Shown piece after piece: positions 53,607-64,000 of a DNA stretch of 64,000 nt (its first letter is position 1; each line of letters begins with the position of its first letter). Made by a program: the position numbers and the translations under genes. A model generated the notes under the pieces. That model did not search any database and was not told the origin of the DNA. It saw nothing but the letters and a program-made list of their open reading frames with translations. The stretch comes from Octopus sinensis. Lineage: Eukaryota. The DNA is taken from contig NC_042997.1 in the NCBI RefSeq assembly GCF_006345805.1, forward strand, positions 17,422,001 through 17,486,000. Direction: 5' to 3'.

Positions 53607-54922
53607 GTGTATACATATGTCATGGCAGTGCGGTTAGGATGTTCATTTTACAATCACATGGTTATTGGTTCTTTCCTACTATATGACACCTTATTCAAGC
53701 ATCCTTAGCAATAACATCCACCTGATCAATACCATGTGAGTGGAATTTGGGAGAGACAGAAACTATAGTGAACCTCTGTTGTATATGTGTATAAACTATA
53801 AACTATATCTATGCAAATATGTGTATGTATATGCATGTCTTTATATATGTATATATCGGTGTGTGTGTGTGTATTTGTATTGTTCAGTTGTGCCTTTGTG
53901 TTCAATGACTTGGTGATTCGACAGAATCAACTCGTATGTACTAAGCCCCGAATAGGTATTTCAGACAGTTACTGTCCTGAGGTCAAACTTTTGATTAAAA
54001 CCTTCAAGTGTTTGCCTCAGCAGAACTACTGTCCATTGACAGAAACTAATAACACTATATATATATGTGTGGTGTGTCTGAGTGAGTGAGTGTGTGTGTG
54101 TGTGCATGTTGTATACATATATTTGTGTGTGTCTCTCAATATACCTCTATATATAATGTGTGTAGATATCATCATCATTTAACATCTGTTGTCCATGCTG
54201 GTATGGATTGGAAGGTTTGACCAGGGCTGGTAAACTGGGAGGCTGCACTAGACTCCAGTCAGACATGGATGCCTTTCCCAATGCCAACCATTCCAAGAGT
54301 GTAATGGGTGCTTTTACATGCCACTGGCATAGGTGCCAGTTGTGAGACCCCAGTATCTGCCATGACTATGATTTCACTTGACTGATGAGTCTTCTTCTCA
54401 AGGGCAGCATATTGACAGAGGCCTCGGTCATCTGCCATTGCCTCTGTGAGGCCCAATGCTCAAAAGGTGCTTCTTATGTGCACGGTGCTAGTTACACAAT
54501 ACCAACACCAGCCACATATATATGAAGAGAAAGAGAGAGAGAAATATATGAATGTAGTCATGTCTTTCTATATACATATCGTCATCATCATCATCATGTG
54601 GCATGGTTTGAACATATATATATGTATGTATATAGAATATATATATATATATACACTCACACGTGTGTATATATATATATAATATATATTCTATTTTGCA
54701 AAACTAAGAGATGTGTGCATCATAATGGTTATGCCAGTGCGAGCACATTTAAAGAAATATGAATCTAGATCTATATAATTAATTCTGAGTAATTCTATAT
54801 ACCTAAGCTATATTCTGTGACAACTAACATTTATTTCATCTCATGTTTCCTGAAGAATTTGGGAAATATCAAATCTGGTTTATTGTATTAAAAAGTAAAA
54901 ATTACGCACACATGCACAAACA

Positions 54923-54963
<41 letters not shown>

Positions 54964-55455
54964 TATACATATGTCATGGCAGTGCGGTTAGGATGTTCAT
55001 TTTACAATCACATGGTTATTGGTTCTTTCCTACTATATGACACCTTATTCAAGCATCCTTAGCAATAACATCCACCTGATCAATACCATGTGAGTGGAAT
55101 TTGGGAGACAGAAACTATAGTGAAGCCTCTGTTGTATATGTGTATAAACTATAAACTATATCTATGCAAATATGTGTATGTATATGCATGTCTTTATATA
55201 TGTATATATCGGTGTGTGTGTGTGGATTTGTATTGTTCAGGTTGTGCCTTTGTGTTCAATGACTTGGTGATTCGACAGAGATCAACATCGTATGTACTAG
55301 CCCCGAATAGGTATTTCAGACAGTTACTGTCTGAGGTCAAAACTTTTGATTAAAACCTTCAAGGTGTTGCCTCAGCAGAACTACTGTCCATTGACAGAAA
55401 CTAATAACACTATATATATATGTGTGTGTGTGTCTGAGTGAGTGAGTGTGTGTGT
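52750..55455. repeat. Tandem duplication, unit about 1348 bp, many 1-bp indels between copies
   Basis: CATGTTGTATACATATATTTG at 52757 and 54105. Each unit holds an RTE 3' end (minus) and a diverged SINE A (plus). Confidence 0.92.
54165..54478 (-). mobile_element. RTE LINE 3' end (second copy at 52820-53125)
   Basis: Translates GLTEAMADDRGLCQYAALEK, similar to the RTE terminus GLTEAMT.DRD.WRYAVLEKT; (GAT)n tail. Confidence 0.8.
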
Positions 55456-55980
55456 GTGTGCATATACATATATATTTAGGTGCACATATATGTGTACCTG
55501 TATATATATATATATCATCATTTAATGTCTGTTTTTTATATTTGTTATACCTGTGTGGTATATATATATATATATATATATATATTAATATATATATATC
55601 TATGTATATATATCATCATTTAATGTTGTTTCTATATTTGTTATACAGGTGTGTGTGTGAGTGTATATGTATATTTATACATACACGTGTATGTATATAA
55701 ATGTGTGTGTATGTATGTATATATATATACATATAATACATATATATATACATATATATACATATATATACATATATATTATTAAATATATATTACACAT
55801 ACATATATACACATATATATATATATAGATATATATATGTGTATATATGTATATATATATGTTATATATATATATGTATATAATATATATGTATATATAT
55901 ATGTATATATATATATGTATATATTATATATAGTATTATATATGTATATATATATATGTATATATATAGATATATATATG

Positions 55981-56022
<42 letters not shown>

Positions 56023-56048
56023 TATTATCTATATATATACATATTATA

Positions 56049-56083
<35 letters not shown>

Positions 56084-56890
56084 AATACACAGACACACAC
56101 AACGAATTTCTTTGAAATGTGAACAGCATTTTTGTGAAGAATAACAATGATTCTCCCTTAAGAATTTTTCTTTTATTGTTAAATGGGGGGTACCCTATTT
56201 TGACATGTGCAAGATGTGGAATGACAGATTGGAGAATGGAAAAATAAAGTGAGTTTCGGAAGTGTTTAGTAACCTAATTCTACAATGAATGATTGAAGTA
56301 AGGTATTCAAGGAACTCAAGAAATGCATTTATCTCAATATATAGCCTGAATGTAGATAGAACAGCATAATGTTAATATTGGTAATGATAAAGTGTTCGTC
56401 AGTTGAAAAGGATGTTGTTATCATAATTATAATTCATATGATGATCATTTGGAGAGATACCACCACACTTCATCTACAACACCCTCTTTTTCCCCCAGGC
56501 ATCAAAAATGACAGTAAATGGGATGGGTGGCTTTGTAGTTTACATAGGTAGGTTTATAATATATTGTATAGGCACATTTTAGTGTATTGTCAGTCATAAA
56601 AAAATAAGATGATATATAGTCTGACTGCTTAATAGTAATGAAAACAAATGTTACAATAATGACAATAACAATCTTACAATGATAATTTATAACTATCTAA
56701 TAATATTAATACTAATAATAATGACAGTAAATAAATAAATAAAAATTCATTGCAAAAACTTTTTTTGCTGAACAATATCACTTGACAACAAGATATTCCG
56801 AAAATTTCTAGAGAGAATCCAAATAAAAACAACAAAAATTACCTAGAAAAAAGAACAAACAAAACTAAAAATAACATAATATTTACTTAC

Positions 56891-57047
56891 CAGCAACTGA
56901 TGGAATTCCAACTCCTAAGTAACATAAAATAACCAGTAAATCCATAAATAACGGGAATACTCCGAGCTTACGCATGTTTGGCAGAAGCAATCGAGAGAAA
57001 GGGATGAGGCCAGTCATACTGCTTCCACAGTGTTGATGCTGCAGCAT
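56891..57047 (-). CDS. First coding exon with signal peptide: MLQHQHCGSSMTGLIPFSRLLLPNMRKLGVFPLFMDLLVILCYLGVGIPSVA; secreted or membrane protein, family not recognised
   Basis: Acceptor AACATTTTTTCTTGTAG (exon starts 57056), in-frame ATGs, basic then hydrophobic then small-residue pattern, consensus donor CTG|GTAAGT in phase 1, local CpG enrichment. Confidence 0.72.
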
Positions 57048-57400
57048 TTTGACAATCTACAAGAAAAAATGTTCACATTAGCCAGAAGAATGTATTGGCT
57101 GACCACCGGTGTACATCTGATGTGGTTGTCTACTATGCTTACTGCTAACCCTACCATACACATTACCACTTACTGCTCTCCGCACACCATCATTACCGGT
57201 GGTTGCACATGTGGAGAGAGTTTTGCTCTGTGTGTATCCCTGCAGGGGTACCGACTATTGTCTGTTAATTAGTGTCCCGGAAATTGCATCAAGGACTTAC
57301 ATTCACTTAAAAGAGCAGTGATGTTGTCATTATCAATACTGTTTCTTTGCTTTTTTGTTAGGAGGGAGAAAGAATAACTACATAATGGTGACAGTATGTA
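57048..57400 (-). promoter_or_regulatory. 5' UTR region: 244-nt GT-AG intron (57057-57300) and a probable upstream non-coding exon ending at 57301
   Basis: Donor AAT|GTAAGT at 57300; CpG-containing unique sequence. The transcription start cannot be placed from sequence. Confidence 0.45.
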
Positions 57401-57723
57401 ACTAACAGCTTGTTTATATCATGTACACTACAAGAGTGAGTGTATCTGTTATTGTTAGTGTGTGTGGCTGCTCATGTGAGTGAGCATGCACATGTGCTTA
57501 TCTGTATCTCAATGTGTAGATTTATATCGATAAATAAATTTATTAATGCTTCTTTTCCATATCTGTTTTACTGATCGTATGGGTACTATAAATAATCTGA
57601 ATTTTTTTCATCTTACTTGCATAGTTACGTTCATAAACACATGCACACACACATAGATACATATATACATAATGTGTGAGTGTATATAGCAGGTGTAAAT
57701 CTATCTATCTATCTACATGTATG

Positions 57724-57759
<36 letters not shown>

Positions 57760-57919
57760 CATTCACACACACAGAGAAATAAAGTGATGCATTTATTTAT
57801 AAATATATATACATGCATATATATATATACACACATACAAAAATAGAGACATGCGTTTATTTATAAATATATATACATACATACATATATATATATTCCC
57901 ACCATGACAATACTGGAAG

Positions 57920-57954
57920 GCAGATGTTAAATGATGATATATATATATATATAG

Positions 57955-57988
<34 letters not shown>

Positions 57989-57989
57989 C

Positions 57990-58023
<34 letters not shown>

Positions 58024-58130
58024 CATATTATATATACATATATATAGTATATATCATATATATATATATATATTATATCATATATATATTATATATATAT
58101 ACATATATTCATATATACATACATATACAC

Positions 58131-58162
<32 letters not shown>

Positions 58163-58569
58163 TATATGTATAATATATATATAATAGCTCATCACACCAC
58201 ACATATATATCATATAATCCCGGACGCATTAAAGGCAGTACACTGCATGACCTCAGCCTTGGCGGCTGAAACCATAAAAGATAAGAACAATAAAGATATA
58301 CATATATATACAATATATATGTATAGATAATATTATATGCCTATATATATATATATCATATGCATCTCATACATATATAATATATATATATATATATATA
58401 CACATACATATATCATATGCATCTCAACATATATATTACATATACATATATCATATGCATCTCATACATACATATATATATTTACATACATATATACATA
58501 TATATATATACATATATTTTACATACATATATAATATATATATACATATAATAAATACATTATATATAC

Positions 58570-58604
<35 letters not shown>

Positions 58605-59241
58605 CAACATATATATACATACATATACTCATATATATAAATACATATATAATACATATATATACATATATATAAATCATATATAAATACATATATTACA
58701 TACATATATACATACATATATATACATACATATTTACATACATATATATACCATACATATATAATGCATATAGATACATAATATATATATAATTATATAT
58801 ACATATATAATACCATATAATACATATATATATACATAGATCTAATACATAATATATATACATATATATATATACATAATATATATACTATATATATATA
58901 CATATATATATATGCATCTCATACATATAGATATATATATATATATACATATACAAATATATACATATACCATATATATATATATATAGAACATATAGAT
59001 TATATATATATATATATATATATACATACATATTATATATATATAATATATATATATAACATATATATATATACAATATACTATATACAATATATATACA
59101 TATATATATACATATATATATATACATATATCTATACATATATCTATATAAATATCTATATACATATATATATATACATTATAATACATAATATATATAT
59201 ATATAGAATATATATATATAGACATATATATACATAGATAT

Positions 59242-59286
<45 letters not shown>

Positions 59287-59552
59287 TATATTATATTACA
59301 TATATACATATATATAACATATAATATACATACATATATAAAATGTATATATACATAATATATATGACAACATATATCATATCCATACATATAAATATAT
59401 ATATACATACATATATATATATACATATCATATAAATATATATACATATATATATATTATATATATACATACATTAATATATACATATATAATATATATA
59501 TACAATATATATAATATACATACATATAAATATATATATACATATCATATAC

Positions 59553-59589
<37 letters not shown>

Positions 59590-60250
59590 ATTATATATAC
59601 ATATATACATACACATATATGTATATATCTACATTATATATACAATATACATACATATATATATGTATATATATATACATATATATACATAAGACATACA
59701 TATATATACGTATATATATATACATATATATAATATATATACAATATATACGTATATATATATATAGATATATATACATATATATATATACAATATATAT
59801 ATCATTTATATATATATGCATATCAATAGATATCATATTACATTACATCTTATATATATATATATGCATATCATAATAGCATTATACATATAATTATGTA
59901 TAAATAGATACATATATATATATACATATACACACACATATAACATAGCATATATATATATATATATATACATATACACATATACGCACACACATATATA
60001 TATATATATACACATGTACATTACATATATATAGATATAATATACACACCACACACATATATATATATAACATATAATATACACATAATATATAAATAGA
60101 AAAAAAAAAAATACCTTTATCATTCAGTAATGATATTCCTCATATAGTATTACATATATATATATATATTATATATACACACACACACACATATATCTAT
60201 ATATAACATATATATACCCCACCACACACCACATAATATATATATAATAT
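57920..60250. repeat. About 2.3-kb (TA)n/(TACA)n cryptic simple-sequence tract
   Basis: Direct read; interrupted mainly by a decayed SINE tail at 58185-58290. Confidence 0.95.
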
Positions 60251-61589
60251 ATATATATATAAATATAGGAGTGTGTAAATAATATATGTGTCTGTGTGTG
60301 TGTATTTGTGTGTGTGTGTCTGTGTGTGCGTGTATGTGTGTGTGCATGTATAAATATATATATGGACAGCTAAATTTGCTTACAAGTAATATTTTCATTA
60401 AAATTTTCTTCACCTTAGTCCAGGAATCATTTTGACTGCTCTCCCCTGAAACGGACACTCCCAGCATACCAAAATGTGATCCTCAATGCTTGGAACTAAT
60501 GTAAATGGTTGGGGGTAAATTTTATTGTCACATCCTTTTTGGGTGTCACATATGCAAATCACACTAAGAGGAGACAAGTGACTCACATGAAAATAGGAGG
60601 GGAATGTTTGACTAAGCCCTGCCTACCACATGCAGTTAATATTTGTACCCAAATTGGCTATAAACTAAACCTTAGGTTCTTAGTGAAATTCTGACAATGT
60701 GTAGCTGGTGTAGCCGTACTAGAAAGAACTGAGTAAGTGGAAGGATTTGTATATGTGTTAATATGTCTGGATCAATAGTTTTCAAGCAATTTATGAAGTT
60801 TTGTGAGTACACAGGCACATACTCACATGTGTGTGTGTACATATATAATGTATATGAATGTGTGTGTATGTATATATGTGGGTGGTGGTTGTTGTCTCTG
60901 TGTTAGTGTGTCTTGTGTTAGTTTATGTATAAATATGTGTGCATATCATATGTCACATGCACACTTACATACATATATTTGTATATATGTATTTGCATTT
61001 TGTATACATATACATTTCAATAAAACACACACTATTATGTGTTCATAACAGTATTTTTCATGTATATACAATTACATATATGCAGATATTATTATATGAT
61101 TTTCCAGGATTAACATACATCATCTACACAAGAACTAAATTGTATATGTAGCATGTGAACATGTAATGAATCAGAAAATAAATATTATTCCTTTAATAAT
61201 CATAAATAATATGTATATGTATAAGTACATATACATTAATTGTATATATGCATGTAGAACTGTATTTAGGTATTTGTGTATTTGGTTTCATAGAGGTTTT
61301 TCTTGAAGAATTATATACAATCACATGATTTCATGGTAAGATGAAACAATAAAAAAAATTGATAAGAATACAACACAGTTATGAAAGTTATCAATAGGAT
61401 GTGAAGTGTTTATGTTTTGAAGAAAATTGTGTTTTTTATAATTAGAAGTAAATTTGAGAAATTAAATTTTTTACTGCTTTTTATTTTATTTTGGAAAAAA
61501 AAGAAAGTAAATTAAGATTTTATACACCTTAAGAAAATATAACAAATTAAATTACTGCTACTGAAAATAATAATAATAAACCTTTCTAC

Positions 61590-61810
61590 AAAAGGCACAA
61601 GGCCTGAAATTTTATGAGGAGGTTCTAGTTAATTTCATCAACTTCAGAGCTCAACTGGTACTAATTTAATCAACCCTGAAAGGATGAAGGGTGAAGTTGA
61701 CTTCGGTGAAATTTGAACTTAGAATATAAAGCCTGAAAAAATGCTGCTAAGCATTTTGTCCAGCATGCTAATGTTTCTGCTAGCTTCCAGCCTTGATGAT
61801 AATGATGATG

Positions 61811-61847
<37 letters not shown>

Positions 61848-61858
61848 GTAACAACAAC

Positions 61859-61909
<51 letters not shown>

Positions 61910-62250
61910 TGATAATAATAAAAATAGAGGGTAGCATATGAAGGAAAAACATAGGGACAAATTGTGAAAAGTAGTTTGGTGGGGCCACAGAGTATTAAGT
62001 ATGAAAAAATTGATGTGATAAACAACAATACAAGGGTAATAATAACTGCTTCTAATTTAGGTACAAAGCCAGCAGTTTTCATGGGAAGATGGATAGTAGA
62101 TACCATTAACCCCAATACTTGATAAACACTTTATCAGCCTTTAAGGAATGAAAAGCAAAGTGACTCCAGTAAGATATGAACTCAGAATCTGAAGCACTAG
62201 AAGTAAATTGGCAAACAATTTTTCCAACACTAACAATTCTGCCAATCCAC
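61590..62250 (-). mobile_element. Two SINE family B copies (61590-61795, 62045-62250) flanking a (TAA)n run (61810-61920)
   Basis: GGCACAAGGCCTGAAAT..CTCAACTGGTACT..GAAAGGATGAAGGG..CTAAGCATTTTG..CTAGCTTCC, and a more decayed second copy. Confidence 0.75.
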
Positions 62251-63076
62251 CACCAATATAATAATAATAATAATAATAATAATTATTATTATTATCATCA
62301 TCATCATCATTATTATTATTATAACAATGATGATGATAATGGTAGTGGTGCATTTGTGTGTGTGTATACATAAGTATGTATGCATGTATGTATGTACCTA
62401 AACATTCCAAACTATTATGCTCTTAGCTAAATATTGAACTGTTTTGTATACCTTGTGGGAAATAATTTTTATTATAATTATTAATATCAATGCTGCTGGT
62501 GCTGCTACTGTTGCTATAATTATTATTTTCTTTTTATTAAGTTAGGTTCCCTGCCCTCACCCTAATATAACTTTTTTGAAATAACATGTAAAACTCAAAC
62601 TCGAGCAGGCCTGTGACCAGAGACAGTCCAGCCTTGACCCTCATATCATGTTTTTCCTTTTTACAACGATCTGGGACTACCTTATCCAATACATCCTTCT
62701 TTTGAGGCAAGTTGCTGCAAGGAATATTTGGCTATTACTTTTAGCAGTTTAAGTTACCAGAATGTGGATGTCATGTTTTACTTTTGTTGATATATTTTTA
62801 TTGGAAGGTGATACTGCAACAAACAAAACAGCTATTCTGACTTCTTCTAGAGAGGGCTATAGGGGGGAATGGAGGGAGAATCAAGAATTGTACACTTGAA
62901 GTTAAGTAAGTTTACTATGCTTGACCTGCAAGAAAAAGCATCCAAGTATTTTAAACTGTATCTTTATAGTCTTAAAATGTAGCAGCTTGAACATACTGGA
63001 TAATGTGTGTATGTAAATACATACAGATATATGTACACATATACAGATAAATGCACAAACACACACACACACATAT

Positions 63077-63112
<36 letters not shown>

Positions 63113-64000
63113 ATATATTATATAAAATATATATTTTACATATAGTACATGGAACAGTCATGGCAGGAATGACATAATTGAAGCTTATTTTGGGAAGTGA
63201 GATAAAGTACAATAGCCACCTATTTATGAAGTAAAGAAAATGAAATTTAAATATAAACAAATTACAAATTGTGGAGTAAGGTCATATAGTAAACGGAAAG
63301 TAGAAAAGTAAAAAAGAAGGCAAAGCTCTAATGCTTGATGTAAGAAAAAAATGAAGTTTGATGCATGAAGAGATAATATGTGGTAGCAAATTGTAAAAGT
63401 TTGCCAAACAGATTAGAAATAATAAGAAAGAAAAGGAATAGAAACTGTTAAAGAGTGAATGAGAGAGGAAGTGTGTGTGTATATGTATTTGGCAGAATGT
63501 GTATGTGCACATCTTCTATATGTGTATGTGTGCATGTGTGTGTGTATACATGCGGAAAATAGAGAGAAAGAGTAAAACAAATAAATATATATGGATATGA
63601 TTAGTAAGATAGAAAGAGAGATAGAGGGTGAGAGGGATAGATTAAATGAGAACAAACCAGACATGTACATGCATTCACACACACAAACAGATACACACAT
63701 ATACATATGCACTCAATGAAAGAGGCAGAAGGAGAGAGGTGGGTAGAAAGAGGTAGCAAGAGAAATGTAAAAGAATTTTTGTAAATGAAATATGAAGTTG
63801 TTACTTTTTATATTATGGAATTAAACATAATGATAATGATATTTGAAATCAGAAAACACCTGTATGCATGTAGGTCTGTGCGTGAAATTTTGTCTCAGTG
63901 TTTGAGCTTATCTATCTGTCTGCATCTGTCTCTGTATATGCATGAATAAGTTTACTATATATGCATATTGTGTGTGTGTGGTGTGTGTGTGTGTGTATAT

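Noticed and set aside
1-64000. Most ORFs in the supplied track (YI, CV, HT, poly-I/L repeats)
   Set aside because: They are stop-free translations of (TA)n, (CA)n, (TATG)n and (TAA)n microsatellites.

Overview
AT-rich, microsatellite-saturated eukaryotic DNA. The repeat families (tRNA-headed SINEs, RTE LINE tails ending in (GAT)n, R4/Dong-like LINEs, Penelope-like ends) match what I recall from coleoid cephalopods, most likely Octopus; this is inference, not a database result. Nearly all ORFs in the supplied track are microsatellite read-through. The window looks like the introns of one large minus-strand gene. It has a well-supported first coding exon encoding a signal peptide (56891-57047), two phase-compatible exons (51461-51527, 49134-49216) and weaker candidates further down; I do not recognise the protein. 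Most notable: (1) a type I hammerhead ribozyme enclosed in a mismatch-free 43-bp stem (6065-6229), a second hammerhead (35265-35351) and two degenerate relatives; (2) a cluster of RLE-type non-LTR retrotransposon relics, two sitting in tandem at a (TAA)n array; (3) a ~295-nt foldback hairpin present twice; (4) four near-identical tandem duplications with junctions in (TA)/(CA) runs, some possibly assembly artefacts. No rRNA, true tRNA gene or CRISPR array was seen.
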